Positions 1 to 10,657 of a DNA stretch of 64,000 nt are shown here, in pieces (within the stretch, counting starts at the first letter, position 1; each line of letters begins with the position of its first letter). A program made the position numbers and the translations under genes. The stretch spans positions 17,686 through 81,685 of the forward strand of contig CAVPJD010000030.1 of the NCBI GenBank assembly GCA_963705165.1, written 5' to 3'. The notes under the pieces were generated by a model that saw nothing but the letters and a program-made list of their open reading frames with translations, made no database searches and was not told the origin of the DNA. This DNA is from an uncultured delta proteobacterium (GTDB taxonomy: Bacteria > Desulfobacterota > Syntrophia > Syntrophales > UBA2192).

Positions 1-47
1 TGAGATTCATGGGCAATGGCATCCGTCCTTCGAGGTTTTTTCAGGGC

Positions 48-1382
48 CTAACGGGGTCTCGCTTCGCTGGGCTGCCGCGAATCCGCCTGGAGGGATTCGA
101 GGCGATCGATGCCGGAGACCCTCTCCAAAAGAGCCTTTGAGAGGTAAAGGTTGAGCTTCGCCACAACATCTTGCTCCCGCGCCTGCGCCAGCAGGGTCTC
201 GGCAAACACGACCGACAGGATGTCTCCCTTGCCGACCTTGTATTCGCCGAAGGCCTGATCGTAGTTCTGCAGGGCCTGCGTGAGCTGCTCGTCGGCGACT
301 TTCACGTTGCGAGAGGTGGTGATGAAGTCCTCGTAGCTCTTGCGCAACTCGAGCCTCAGCGAGCGCTCAGTTTCCTTGAAGTTCTGTGCCGCCGTCAGGG
401 TGTCAATGGAGGCGGCTTTTCTCCGGAAAAACTTTCCCAGCTCGAAGAGGTTCCAGCTGGCCAGAAGCGAGGCCGAGCGGTCCTCGTAAGGGTTTCCATA
501 GACGAACGCAGTACTCGAAGCCGGGTTGCTCGTGTCCGTCCGGGTATAGTTCAGATTTCCCGACAGGACCGGAAGAAAGTCGCCCGTCGATATCCCTTCG
601 ACGCTTTCGGCGCGCTTGACCGCAAGCTCGGCCTGGAGGATCTCGGGGCGCCGCAGCAGGGCCTGTTCCAGGCTCTTCTCGTCCGGCAGGGGGAGATCGA
701 AGGTCAGGACACCCTGGAGCTCGGCGGCGTCGGCAATACGTGTGCCGATGAGGGAGCTCAGCTCCGAGAGGCTCTTCTGGAGGCTGCCTTCCGCCTGAAC
801 CAGGTTGAAGCGGGCCTGCTCCAATCGCACAGAGACCTGAAGAACGTCGGAGAGCCTTGCCACGCCGAACTTTCTCCGCCCCTCGGCCACCTCGTAGTTT
901 TTCCGGGCATTCTCGAGCTGTATTTTCCTCTGCTCGAGGATGCCCCTGGATGCCAGGGTCGTGTAGAAAGAGGACTTGACGCTGAACTGGAGGTCCAGGA
1001 GGCTCTTTCGAAGACCTTCCTGCTCGGAGTTGAAACTGTAGCGGGCGATATCCCGTGTATAGCCCCTCTTGTAGTCGAAGAGCTTGAGCGAGGCGGTCAC
1101 GTCGAAGCTGTTGCTGGAGGAGTCGTAGCCCGCGATGTTGCGCCGGATCGCGGTCCCGGCGGCATCGACACTGGGAACATAGGCCCCGAGGGTGGCCTTG
1201 TAGAGGGCCTCCGAGGACTGTACGCGTGTTCCCTGCGCCTGGTAGGAGGGCAGGGTTGATCTGGCCAGCGCGAGAGCCTCCTCGAGAGTGAGAGCCGGGG
1301 AGGACGCGGGCACAAGCACGACCGCCAGAGAGACGAGCGACAGGGTGAAATAAACCGTTTCAATCAACCTGCGGCAGACCAT
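48..1382 (-). CDS. TolC-family outer membrane efflux protein
   Basis: Signal peptide followed by LTLEEALALA and two OEP-like helical repeats; start moved to ATG 1382, which has an AGGTG RBS. Confidence 0.9.
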   Translation of the reverse strand: MVCRRLIETVYFTLSLVSLAVVLVPASSPALTLEEALALARSTLPSYQAQGTRVQSSEALYKATLGAYVPSVDAAGTAIRRNIAGYDSSSNSFDVTASLKLFDYKRGYTRDIARYSFNSEQEGLRKSLLDLQFSVKSSFYTTLASRGILEQRKIQLENARKNYEVAEGRRKFGVARLSDVLQVSVRLEQARFNLVQAEGSLQKSLSELSSLIGTRIADAAELQGVLTFDLPLPDEKSLEQALLRRPEILQAELAVKRAESVEGISTGDFLPVLSGNLNYTRTDTSNPASSTAFVYGNPYEDRSASLLASWNLFELGKFFRRKAASIDTLTAAQNFKETERSLRLELRKSYEDFITTSRNVKVADEQLTQALQNYDQAFGEYKVGKGDILSVVFAETLLAQAREQDVVAKLNLYLSKALLERVSGIDRLESLQADSRQPSEARPR

Positions 1383-1864
1383 AATGTCACCTCGATGACA
1401 GGGGAAGCGATCCGATGAGTTGTACACCCATGGAATGGCAATAACTTTGCTAATGTATGAAGTTTCAAGCCCCTTTCGCAAGCATAATTTCACGATTGAG
1501 CCCGGCAGGGCAAGACCAGGCACACAATAGCATGAGGCATGCCACAGGCCTTAAGTGTTTTAACATCATGAAAGCATTACGAAAAAATGATTTGCGGAGC
1601 GGCAGGACCCGGTCCGGCAGTGATCATGAGGATAATATTTATCCAGTTTATGCATCCAGCTGAATAATTATTATGCGAGGCACATTCTGGCCTCAAGCAC
1701 AGTCCTTGTCTTAAACCCGATATCTTTCATTTTTCAACGCTGCAATTTATGATATGGAAACATGAGAATTGTCCGGTCTCCCCGGGGCCGTCAGTGCGGG
1801 CCGGCTTGGAGGGGACGCGATCGCGCCTGCTCTCGGCGAGAAGGAGAAAGAGAAGGAGATTGTT

Positions 1865-2671
1865 ATGAAAATCATTCATTTTATTTCTGACAAAGCGGAA
1901 CGGCTGTACGGCGCCTACGAGCCGGCAGAGCCGGGAAAGGCTCGTATCATTGAAGGAGACATTTTGGGGCGGTTCACGCTGACGGATCGTTCGGCTGTCA
2001 TCAAGAAAATACTGCCGCCGGTCGATCCCCCGAACATTCTGGCCCTCGGGTTCAGCTACGGAAAGCATGCGGGGGAAACGGAAAGCCGCGCCCCGGAAAG
2101 CCCCGTGCTTTTCATCAAGGGCACCAACAGCCTCACCGGCCCCGGGGACACGATCCTTCTTCCGAAGGCGGGGCCCGACGAGGTGGATTACGAGGCGGAG
2201 CTTGCCGTCGTCATCGGAAAGCGGGCGAGGAACGTTTCTGTAAAAGAGGCCATGGAGTACGTCATCGGCTACACCTGCGGCAACGATGTGAGCGCCCGGG
2301 ACTGGCAGATGCGCAGGCAGAAGCAGCAGTGGGCGCGGGGAAAGAGCTTCGACACGTTCTGCCCCCTAGGGCCATTCCTCGTAACGAAGGAAGAGGTCCC
2401 TGAGCCCGACAACCTGAGAATTCAGTCCATCCTCAACGGCAAGGTGATGCAGGATTCGAACACCTCCGACATGCTCTTCAGTGTCGCCCAGATCGTGAGC
2501 GATCTGAGCCGCTCCATGACTCTGCTACCGGGAACCGTGATCATGACAGGGACCCCCGAGGGCGTTGGCTTTGTCCGCAAGCCGCCGGTCTTCATGCGCC
2601 ACGGCGATGTGGTCACCATCGTCATCGAGAAAATCGGGGAGCTGACGAATCCCGTCGAAAATGAGGTGTGA
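1865..2671 (+). CDS. Fumarylacetoacetate hydrolase family protein
   Basis: VDYEAELAVVIG, GNDVSARD, GKSFDTFCPLGP and TGTPEGVG motifs; AAGGAG RBS before ATG 1865. Confidence 0.93.
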   Translation: MKIIHFISDKAERLYGAYEPAEPGKARIIEGDILGRFTLTDRSAVIKKILPPVDPPNILALGFSYGKHAGETESRAPESPVLFIKGTNSLTGPGDTILLPKAGPDEVDYEAELAVVIGKRARNVSVKEAMEYVIGYTCGNDVSARDWQMRRQKQQWARGKSFDTFCPLGPFLVTKEEVPEPDNLRIQSILNGKVMQDSNTSDMLFSVAQIVSDLSRSMTLLPGTVIMTGTPEGVGFVRKPPVFMRHGDVVTIVIEKIGELTNPVENEV

Positions 2672-2740
2672 GGCCCGGGGCAGGCTGCCGATGCACGAAA
2701 GAGTGGCAAAACATGCCCGCATATGCTATGAGCCAGGCAG

Positions 2741-2771
2741 AGGGGGCCTGTGAGGAACAAGCCCCCTTTTT
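2741..2771 (+). terminator. Probable intrinsic terminator after the FAH gene
   Basis: AGGGGGC...GCCCCCT stem followed by a T run. Confidence 0.5.
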
Positions 2772-2849
2772 CATCACGGGTTGTTTGCATCAAAACCCTA
2801 TTCCCTGCAGCGCGCGCGGCAGGGATTGCGGACCATGCAGGAGGTTGAA

Positions 2850-4385
2850 ATGAGCAGCAGCGCAAACGAAAGAAAACAATTCTTTACGATCCTCGTGGTC
2901 TGCCTGGTGGGTTTCTTCATCCTCTCCGTCGTGGGGGTATTGAGGTTCTCCCTGGCGCCGGGCCTGCGGTCATCCTATGCCGGCGCGGATGGCGCGAGCT
3001 CGCCGGCCGCGCCGGCCGCTGCGCCCAAAACGGTTTTCCCCTCGGTGCAGGGCGGATCGGGGGCCCCGGGGTCGCTCGCCGATATTGTGGAAAAGCTGAG
3101 CCCCGCCGTCGTGAACATCAGCACGACGAAGGTCGTCAAGATGGACGGCAAACGGACTCCCTCCAACGAGATGTTCCCCTTTGACCGGTTTTTCGGCGGC
3201 GAGGAAGACTACTACAAACGCTATTTCGGAGACAATCCCGAAAAGGAATTCCGGCAGCGCAGTCTCGGTTCGGGGTTCATCATCAGCAAGGACGGGTACA
3301 TTTTCACGAACAATCATGTCATCGAGAAGGCCGACAAGATCAAGGTGCGCCTCTCGACGGGAAAAGAATACGACGCAACCGTGAAGGGCAGGGACCCTCG
3401 CACGGATCTTGCCCTCATCAAGATCACCCCCGAAAACAGCCTGCCCACGGTCAGCCTGGGAGACTCGGACCGGCTTCGCGTGGGCGACTGGGTCATGGCC
3501 ATCGGGAACCCCTTCGGGCTCGATCACACGGTGACTGCGGGAATCGTGAGCGCCAAGGGCCGTGTCATCGGGGCCGGACCCTATGACAATTTTATCCAGA
3601 CCGATGCATCCATCAACCCCGGAAACAGCGGCGGCCCGCTTTTCAACATGGCAGGCGAGGTCGTCGGGATCAACACGGCCATCGTGTCGCAGGGGCAGGG
3701 CATCGGATTTGCCATCCCCGTGAACATGGCCAAAGAGATCCTCGAGGACCTCAAGGCAAAGGGCAAAGTCACCCGGGGCTGGCTGGGAGTGTCGGTCCAG
3801 GACATCACGGAGGACTTGGCAAAGAGCCTGAAACTTCAGGACCGCAGCGGTGCGCTGGTGACGGAGGTCTTCGAGGGAGACCCGGCAGACAAGGCCGGCA
3901 TCAAGCAGGGCGACATCATCATCGAGGTCGACGGCAAAAAGGTCAAGGACACCCATGAGTTGCTCCGTGCCGTAGCGGTTCTGCCCGTCGGGAAAAAGGC
4001 GGCCCTGAAAGTCCTCCGGGAAGGCCAGGTGAAGGAACTTCAGCTCACCGTGGCGGAACGGGAAGACAAGAAGGAAATGGCTGCCGCCAAGGGGGACTCG
4101 AAAGACACATACGGGATGTCCGTTCAGGACATCACCACGGAGATTGCAAAGCAGCTGGGACTTCCGTCGGCGGGCGGCGTCATCGTGACGAGGGTCCGCG
4201 AAGGTAGCGCATCGGACGAGGCGGGCCTTCAGACCTATGACGTGGTCCTCCAGGTCAACCGGGTGAAGGTGACCTCCGTAAAAGACTTCATGCGCGAGAT
4301 ATCGAAAAAGACCGCCGAGGACCGGGTGTTGTTGCTGATCAAGCGAGGCAAGGGCACCTATTACGTGGCCCTGCGCAAGGAGTAG
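2850..4385 (+). CDS. htrA: HtrA/DegP (Do family) serine protease with two PDZ domains
   Basis: TNNHV, DLALIK and INPGNSGGPL catalytic motifs, N-terminal TM segment, two PDZ-like repeats; GGAGG RBS before ATG 2850. Confidence 0.93.
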   Translation: MSSSANERKQFFTILVVCLVGFFILSVVGVLRFSLAPGLRSSYAGADGASSPAAPAAAPKTVFPSVQGGSGAPGSLADIVEKLSPAVVNISTTKVVKMDGKRTPSNEMFPFDRFFGGEEDYYKRYFGDNPEKEFRQRSLGSGFIISKDGYIFTNNHVIEKADKIKVRLSTGKEYDATVKGRDPRTDLALIKITPENSLPTVSLGDSDRLRVGDWVMAIGNPFGLDHTVTAGIVSAKGRVIGAGPYDNFIQTDASINPGNSGGPLFNMAGEVVGINTAIVSQGQGIGFAIPVNMAKEILEDLKAKGKVTRGWLGVSVQDITEDLAKSLKLQDRSGALVTEVFEGDPADKAGIKQGDIIIEVDGKKVKDTHELLRAVAVLPVGKKAALKVLREGQVKELQLTVAEREDKKEMAAAKGDSKDTYGMSVQDITTEIAKQLGLPSAGGVIVTRVREGSASDEAGLQTYDVVLQVNRVKVTSVKDFMREISKKTAEDRVLLLIKRGKGTYYVALRKE

Positions 4386-4407
4386 GGAAGGGACAGGACA
4401 AAAACCG

Positions 4408-5145
4408 GTGGACAGGGGGAAGAGGCTGCTCCGCATCTATGAAAGGCTGGAGAGATTCTTCGGGGACCTTCAATGGTGGCCCGGGGAGAGCGCCTTCGAG
4501 GTTGCCGTCGGGGCGATCCTGACGCAGAACACGAACTGGGCCAACGTGGAAAAGGCCATCGGGCAGCTCAAGGCTCAAGGGGTCATGGAACCTCGGGCCC
4601 TTCACGGCCTGGACGATGAGACACTGGCCAACCTGATCCGTCCATCAGGGTATTTCCGGGTCAAGACGAAACGGCTGAAGGCGTTTCTCGAGGTGCTTTG
4701 CGGCGATTTCAAGGGCGACCTCGGGCTGATGCTCTCGGGGGACCTGCAGCATGCGAGGCAGAGGCTCCTGGGAATATCGGGGATCGGGGAGGAGACCGCC
4801 GACAGCATGCTCCTCTATGCGGGGGGCAGGCCGGTGTTCGTCGTCGATGCCTACACAAGGCGAATCCTCACAAGGCATGGGATCATCGATGGCAAACCGC
4901 CCTACGGGGAGATCCAGCGCCTGTTCCTGACACACCTGCCGCGTGATGCAGGCGTATACAACCAATACCACGCAATGATCGTCGCAACGGGGAAGCTTTT
5001 TTGCCGCACGGAGCCCCGCTGCGGCGAGTGTCCGCTCCGAAAGATTGCGGGCCGGGACAGGGACAGGAAGACAGGGCCGGTGCCCGCTGAGCCGGCAGCA
5101 GGGCGAAGGGGTAGAGCGGCGTGTTCGTCCGGGAAGAGATTCTGA
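4408..5145 (+). CDS. Endonuclease III-related HhH-GPD protein
   Basis: AILTQNTNW, GIGEETADS, VVDAYT and a C-terminal FC...PRCGECPL motif. Confidence 0.9.
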   Translation: MDRGKRLLRIYERLERFFGDLQWWPGESAFEVAVGAILTQNTNWANVEKAIGQLKAQGVMEPRALHGLDDETLANLIRPSGYFRVKTKRLKAFLEVLCGDFKGDLGLMLSGDLQHARQRLLGISGIGEETADSMLLYAGGRPVFVVDAYTRRILTRHGIIDGKPPYGEIQRLFLTHLPRDAGVYNQYHAMIVATGKLFCRTEPRCGECPLRKIAGRDRDRKTGPVPAEPAAGRRGRAACSSGKRF

Positions 5146-6263
5146 AATCAAGGCTCCAGGAAGAACGGCACACCTTCATCCTGAAGCTCAACGACTATGC
5201 CGGCGTCATCCACATTCATTCCGACTACTCCCATGACGGGCGGGCATCAATCCTAGAGATCGTCGAGGCGGCCCGGGCCAACGGCATCGACTTCGTCATG
5301 CTCACCGATCATGACTGGCTTCAGGCCAAGCATGACGGCTACGAGAGATCCTGCGACGGGGTCCTCCTCTTTATTGGCATCGAGGTGACGCCCCGCTACA
5401 ATCATTACATCGCCTTCGGGATCGACGAACCCCTCATCAGCTGTGACCTGGCAAGGGTTTTTCCCTATGAGGACGAACAGGAAATCTCCCCGCAGTTCTA
5501 CATAGACTGGGTCCGGAGCAAAGGAGGGCTCGGGTTCATTGCCCACCCCGACCACGAGGGCGCGTTAAGGTTTCACGTGAAACAACACCCCTGGAACGAC
5601 TGGAGCGTAACAGGCTACACGGGGATCGGGATCTGGGACTTCATGACGGACTTTCAGAGCCGGCTGAAGGGGTACCCGAGCGCCCTGCTCAGCTACTATT
5701 TTCCCGCTTACAGGCTCCGCGGGCCCAAAAAAGAGACGCTCGCTCGCTGGGACGATCTGAACCGGAGCCGCAAGGTCGTCGGGATCGGCGAGCTCGACAA
5801 TCACGAAACCGTCAAAAAGCTGCTCGGCATCCAATTCCATATCTTCCCCTTCAGCAAGGCCTTCCGGTTCATCCGAACGCACATCCTGACAGAAGCAGAT
5901 TTCCTGAAAGAAGACGAGCTGGATCGCGAGATCGTCCTTTCGGCCCTGAGACGGGGGAGGGCCTACGTCGCACTGGAGTATTTCGAACCGGCCAGGGGTT
6001 TTTCCTTCGTGATCATGGGCGAGTCGGAGGTGGCCACCATGGGGGACGAGTTCTTTCTTGACGACCTGGCCATCGTGCACATCGAGCTTCCCGTGAAGGG
6101 AAAGATCCGCCTCATCAAGGACGGGGAGCTGTTCCGGGAGCAGGTGGGCAGGGAGTTGACCTGTGGAATCGACGAGCCGGGTATCTACCGGGTAGAGGTC
6201 TATCACAGAAAGGCGCTCAAGTACCGGCCCTGGATCTTCTCCAATCCGATCTACGTAAAATAA
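5121..6263 (+). CDS. PHP-domain metallohydrolase (CehA/McbA-like)
   Basis: HIHSDYSHDG, LTDH and AHP motifs; C-terminal YRVEV...SNPIYV. Confidence 0.82.
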   Translation: MFVREEILKSRLQEERHTFILKLNDYAGVIHIHSDYSHDGRASILEIVEAARANGIDFVMLTDHDWLQAKHDGYERSCDGVLLFIGIEVTPRYNHYIAFGIDEPLISCDLARVFPYEDEQEISPQFYIDWVRSKGGLGFIAHPDHEGALRFHVKQHPWNDWSVTGYTGIGIWDFMTDFQSRLKGYPSALLSYYFPAYRLRGPKKETLARWDDLNRSRKVVGIGELDNHETVKKLLGIQFHIFPFSKAFRFIRTHILTEADFLKEDELDREIVLSALRRGRAYVALEYFEPARGFSFVIMGESEVATMGDEFFLDDLAIVHIELPVKGKIRLIKDGELFREQVGRELTCGIDEPGIYRVEVYHRKALKYRPWIFSNPIYVK

Positions 6264-6265
6264 AA

Positions 6266-6367
6266 AAGGCAAAAGGCTTAGGGCTAAGGGCATAGGGCCG
6301 AAACAAATAAGAAAACCGGACATTCCATCCGGTTCTTTTTTGCCATAAGCCCCTTGCCTTAAGCCTT
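6266..6367. repeat. Degenerate 7-mer tandem array plus its inverted copy, downstream of lipA
   Basis: aaggcaa-aaggctt-agggcta-agggcat-agggc (6266-6298) and gccataa-gcccctt-gccttaa-gcctt (6342-6367). Confidence 0.7.
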
Positions 6368-7216
6368 TTGCCAGTCTTGCGCATATCTGGCCGCATGGTA
6401 GGAGCTTCTCACCAGCGGACCGGAGACAACGGTCCGAAGCCCTCGCTGAAGGGCTTCCCGCCTGAATTCCTCGAAATCTTCCGGGATGTAAAAAGTTGCG
6501 ACGGGCCAGTGGTCGATGGAAGGCTGCAGGTACTGGCCGATTGTGAGGCTTGCGCAGGAGACGGCCGCAAGATCGTCCAGAAGCGAAAGGATCTCGCCCC
6601 GCACTTCCCCGAGGCCGATCATGAAGCCCGACTTCGTGAGTGCCTTGCGCCTGTCCGATCCGGCGCGGCGCAGGAGCTCCAGCGACAGGGCGTAATTGCC
6701 CTGGGGGCGAAGCTCGCCAAAGAGCCTCGGGGCTACCTCGACATTGTGGTTCAAAACGTGGGGCCCGGCCTCGAGAATCCTCTCCAGGGCGGCCCAGTTT
6801 CCCTGCAGGTCGGGGATCAGGACTTCCACCCTGCAGTCCGGGATCTCCCTGCGCAAAAGCTCTACGCAGCGGGCAAAGAGCGCCGCGCCTCCGTCCGGAA
6901 GATCGTCTCTCGTCACGGAGGTGATGACGATGTACCGCAGCCCCAGCGCCCTTACTGCCTCAACGAGGCGTTCAGGTTCCGCCTCGTCGACCTGGCCGGG
7001 CCGCCCGTGCGCGACGTTGCAATACCTGCAGTTGCGGGTACAGGTGTTCCCCAGGATGAGAAAGGTGGCCGTGCCGGACCGGAAGCACTCCCCCATGTTG
7101 GGGCAGCGGGCTTCCTGGCAGACGGAGTGGAGATCCAGTCGGCCGAGAAGCCCCCGCATCTCGGAGAACTCGCGGGAGTTCGGCAGGGGGACTTTCAGCC
7201 AGTCGGGTTTGCGCAT
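6359..7216 (-). CDS. lipA: Lipoyl synthase
   Basis: RKPDWLK, CQEARCPNMGEC auxiliary cluster motif, CTRNCRYC radical SAM motif, VRSSYHA. Confidence 0.97.
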   Translation of the reverse strand: MRKPDWLKVPLPNSREFSEMRGLLGRLDLHSVCQEARCPNMGECFRSGTATFLILGNTCTRNCRYCNVAHGRPGQVDEAEPERLVEAVRALGLRYIVITSVTRDDLPDGGAALFARCVELLRREIPDCRVEVLIPDLQGNWAALERILEAGPHVLNHNVEVAPRLFGELRPQGNYALSLELLRRAGSDRRKALTKSGFMIGLGEVRGEILSLLDDLAAVSCASLTIGQYLQPSIDHWPVATFYIPEDFEEFRREALQRGLRTVVSGPLVRSSYHAARYAQDWQKA

Positions 7217-7219
7217 GGG

Positions 7220-7295
7220 ATGGCTTAAGGCTTATGGCTCAAGGCTTATGGCGAGAGAGAAAGAAAACATCCTTATGCCCTAAGCCTTATGCCTT
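7220..7295. repeat. Degenerate 7-mer tandem array plus its inverted copy, upstream of lipA
   Basis: atggctt-aaggctt-atggctc-aaggctt-atggc (7220-7252) and ccttat-gccctaa-gccttat-gcctt (7271-7295). Confidence 0.7.
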
Positions 7296-7305
7296 CAGCC
7301 GCTGC

Positions 7306-9120
7306 TTAGAAATAGTACCAGATTGAGCTGTAATCGTTCACATTTTCCCCGTCCTTGGCCAGCCGCTTGAGGTAGTCGTAGATGGACACATCGGTGTGCA
7401 CGTAGTCCAACGCTGTGACAAGACGAACCTCCCAGGAGTAAAACCGGTACATCCGGCGGCCGTCGGGGAGGATATTGACGATCTCGTGATCCTGCCAGGC
7501 CCGCAGGTTGACCTTGCCCAGCCGCGGGACGTTGAAAACGGGCTCGTCGGTCCGCACCAGCCCCGGCAGCAGCCGGGCCTCTTCGAGCTGTTCCTGCTCC
7601 ATCCGCGCGATGGGGACGCGGAAATCGATGGTCTCCTCCTTGCCTTTCGCGCTGAAGGAGTAGTAGGGGTCCACTCCGGAGAGCTTCAATGTCCTGCGCA
7701 GGAGCGCCGTCTCGTATCTGCGGCTGTTGTAGTAGGTGAAGACCTGCTGGTTGTAGATGTTCATCCCGACGCTTTTGATCTTCCGGATGCACTCCAGAGA
7801 ATCGGGCGTCATCTCCGTGGGGTGCTCGAAGTGGGTGACGATGGCCAGCTCGCGCTTTCCCCACTCATGATACTTCCTGAAGACCTGCAGGAGCCCCTCG
7901 TCGATCCGGAAGGGCAGGGTGACGGGGATCCGGGTACCGATGCGAATCCTTTCGATGTGCTTGATGGCGGCCACCTCGCCGATGAGCCAGTCCAGGTAAT
8001 CGTTGTTGAGGGTGAGCGGATCGCCCCCCGTGATGAGCACCTCGGAGATGCTCTCGTTTTCCTCGATCCAGCTCAGGGCCTCCTTCACCTTCTTGCGGGC
8101 CATCATCACCGTGTCGTCCATCCCCTTGATCTCCCAGTTGCGCTGGCAATACACGCAGATCTGGGGACAGGAGTTGTAGGGCTTGAGGATCAGGATTTCG
8201 GGGTAGCGGCGGGTGATGCCGTCGATGGGGCTGGTGGATTTTTCCCCCATGAAGTCCAGGTCGATCCCCTTGCGGCGGCTCTCGGCCACCTGTTCGCAGT
8301 AGAGGGTGCTCGGGATGACCTGCGCGCGGATGGCACGGTCGTAGTCGGAGCGGCCCTCCTTGCGAAAGAGCGACAGGTAGTAGGGGGTGATCTCGAAGGG
8401 GATGTCGTTCTTCGTGGCGCTTGCGAGGCCTTGAGCTTCGCCCTTGTCGAGCTTCACCAGGGCGCGGATCGTGTCGAGGTCCTTGATGACGTGTCGCAGA
8501 TGCCAACGATAATCCTGCCAGTCCTGATCCGTGGCTTTGAAGAAGCTCAGGATTTCGCGCTTGAGATTCTTCCGCTCGCGAAGCAAAGATTTGTCATAGC
8601 CCGTGCGGTAGCGGCGGAAGAAGCGGCGGATATTACAGGCATAATCATCAAGTTGTTCCGAACGGGAGAGGGCCGCCTCGCGGCCATCCTTTATCTGTAA
8701 GACTTCTTTGCGCTTGAGGTGCTTTCCCCCCCTGCCGGTGATGCCCAGAAACAGGGCCAGGTACTCGCAGAGGAAGGCTTCGGAGACCTGATCCAGTGCT
8801 TCCTTTTTTCCCTGGGCCAGTTCGTAGAGGATCTGCATGGGGGAGAAATGCGTCACGTATTCATTTTCCGTCCGCATGGTGTTCGAGAGCACCCGGATGC
8901 ATTCCTTGGCGTTTCGTTTCTCCACGATGTTGAGATTGACGAAATAGGTGTCGGAACGCATGTTGAAAAGATCGCGCTCCAGGCGGTTGAGGTAATCGAA
9001 AAGTAGATGCCGGGCTTCTTCCATGTGCCTGGAATTTCTGCACAATTGACGAATCCGGGGTTCCGTCGCCCAGAGTTGTTCCACCAACTCTTCTTTCGAC
9101 CAGTCCAGCCAGTTCTTCAT
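7306..9120 (-). CDS. KamA-family radical SAM/PLP 2,3-aminomutase with long N-terminal extension
   Basis: ITPYYLSL, TRRYP, CPQICVYCQR, ITGGDPL, RIGTRIPV and HFEHPTE are KamA-family motifs; 604 aa. Confidence 0.9.
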   Translation of the reverse strand: MKNWLDWSKEELVEQLWATEPRIRQLCRNSRHMEEARHLLFDYLNRLERDLFNMRSDTYFVNLNIVEKRNAKECIRVLSNTMRTENEYVTHFSPMQILYELAQGKKEALDQVSEAFLCEYLALFLGITGRGGKHLKRKEVLQIKDGREAALSRSEQLDDYACNIRRFFRRYRTGYDKSLLRERKNLKREILSFFKATDQDWQDYRWHLRHVIKDLDTIRALVKLDKGEAQGLASATKNDIPFEITPYYLSLFRKEGRSDYDRAIRAQVIPSTLYCEQVAESRRKGIDLDFMGEKSTSPIDGITRRYPEILILKPYNSCPQICVYCQRNWEIKGMDDTVMMARKKVKEALSWIEENESISEVLITGGDPLTLNNDYLDWLIGEVAAIKHIERIRIGTRIPVTLPFRIDEGLLQVFRKYHEWGKRELAIVTHFEHPTEMTPDSLECIRKIKSVGMNIYNQQVFTYYNSRRYETALLRRTLKLSGVDPYYSFSAKGKEETIDFRVPIARMEQEQLEEARLLPGLVRTDEPVFNVPRLGKVNLRAWQDHEIVNILPDGRRMYRFYSWEVRLVTALDYVHTDVSIYDYLKRLAKDGENVNDYSSIWYYF

Positions 9121-9198
9121 GCTCTCTCTCGTTGGTTTGTTGGTAAGCTGTTTATACGCAGGCGCGGGACCCGGGTGCGGCCGTTCTTTTCGTTGTGC

Positions 9199-10641
9199 CT
9201 AGCACAGGGTCCAGCATACATCCGGTTTTCTCGCTGCCTGAACATCGTCGAGGCGCTTTACCGGGGTCGTGAGCGGCGCCGATTTCACAAGCTCGGGGCT
9301 CTCTTTCGCCTCTTTTGCAATGGATATCATGGCCTCGCAGAACTCGTCCAGAGTTTCCTTGCTCTCCGTCTCCGTGGGCTCGATCATGATGGCCTCCCGG
9401 ACGATCAGGGGGAAATAGATCGTCGGGGGGTGAAACCCGTAGTCGAGCAGGCGCTTGGCGATGTCTGTCGTGTGCACGCCGCTTTCCTGCACCTGCTTCT
9501 CCCCCGAGAAGACGCACTCGTGCATGCAGATCCGGTCGTAGGGCAGATGGTAGTAGGGCCTCAGCCGCTCCTTGACGTAGTTTGCGTTGAGGACGGCGCT
9601 TTCGCTCACCCTCTTCATCCCAACGGCTCCGATGGAGCGGATGTAGGTGTAGGCCTTCACCATCACGTTGAAGTTTCCGTAAAAAGAACGGACCCGCCCG
9701 ATCGAGTCGGGGAACTCCTCGGACCACCGGTACAGCCCCCCTTCCTTCACGACCCGCGGCACAGGCAGGAAAGGCACCAGGTTGGCCTTCACGCCTAAGG
9801 GTCCGCTGCCGGGTCCTCCGCAACCATGGGGGGTGGAGAAGGTCTTGTGGAGGTTGAGCTGGATGATGTCAAAGCCCATATCCCCCGGTCTCGTGACCCC
9901 GACGAGCGCGTTGGCGTTGGCGCCGTCGCAGTACAGAAGCCCGCCCTTGCCGTGGACGATGGCGGACACTTCGTCGATGTTTCGCTCGAAGAGCCCCAGG
10001 GTGTTGGGGTTGGTGAGCATGAGCCCCGCCACGTCCGGGGTCATCAATTCCCGAAGGTGGTCCAGATCGACGCCGCCTTCGGCATTGGAGCGGACCGTGG
10101 CCACCTGGAACCCGCAGAGGGCAACCGACGCAGGATTTGTTCCGTGGGCCGTATCGGGGATGAGGACAGTCGAGCGCTTCTCTCCCTTTTTCTCGAAGTG
10201 CTTCTTGATGACCATGACGCCCGTCAGTTCCCCGTGTGCGCCGGCCGCCGGCTGGAGCGTGAAATCGGCCATGCCGCAGATCTCCGAAAGGGTGCCGGCC
10301 AATTCGTAAAGAAGCTGCAGGTTGCCTTGGGCGAACCCGTCCGGCACGTAAGGGTGCAGGGATGTGAAACCATCCAGGCGGGCCACATTCTCGTTGATCT
10401 TCGGGTTGTACTTCATCGTACAGGAGCCCAGGGGGTAGAAGCCCACGTCGACACCGAAGTTGCGTCTTGAGAGCCGAGTGTAGTGGCGAACGATGTCCAC
10501 CTCGGCCAGTTCCGGAAGATCCAGATCGTCGCGCAGCAGCGAGGCGTCGATGATCTTGTCCAGTGCTACCTCGGGGACATCGCTTGCGGGGATCGTTCCT
10601 GCCGTCCGTCCGGCCCGGCTCATCTCAAAAATCAGTTCCAT
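9199..10641 (-). CDS. gcvPB: Glycine dehydrogenase (decarboxylating) subunit 2
   Basis: [41 protein letters not shown]; start at ATG 10641 with GAGG RBS. Confidence 0.96.
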   Translation of the reverse strand: MELIFEMSRAGRTAGTIPASDVPEVALDKIIDASLLRDDLDLPELAEVDIVRHYTRLSRRNFGVDVGFYPLGSCTMKYNPKINENVARLDGFTSLHPYVPDGFAQGNLQLLYELAGTLSEICGMADFTLQPAAGAHGELTGVMVIKKHFEKKGEKRSTVLIPDTAHGTNPASVALCGFQVATVRSNAEGGVDLDHLRELMTPDVAGLMLTNPNTLGLFERNIDEVSAIVHGKGGLLYCDGANANALVGVTRPGDMGFDIIQLNLHKTFSTPHGCGGPGSGPLGVKANLVPFLPVPRVVKEGGLYRWSEEFPDSIGRVRSFYGNFNVMVKAYTYIRSIGAVGMKRVSESAVLNANYVKERLRPYYHLPYDRICMHECVFSGEKQVQESGVHTTDIAKRLLDYGFHPPTIYFPLIVREAIMIEPTETESKETLDEFCEAMISIAKEAKESPELVKSAPLTTPVKRLDDVQAARKPDVCWTLC

Positions 10642-10657
10642 GAGCACCTCGTAATTG

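Noticed and set aside
1..22. Possible start of the next minus-strand gene after TolC
   Set aside because: At most 7 codons visible; cannot be identified.
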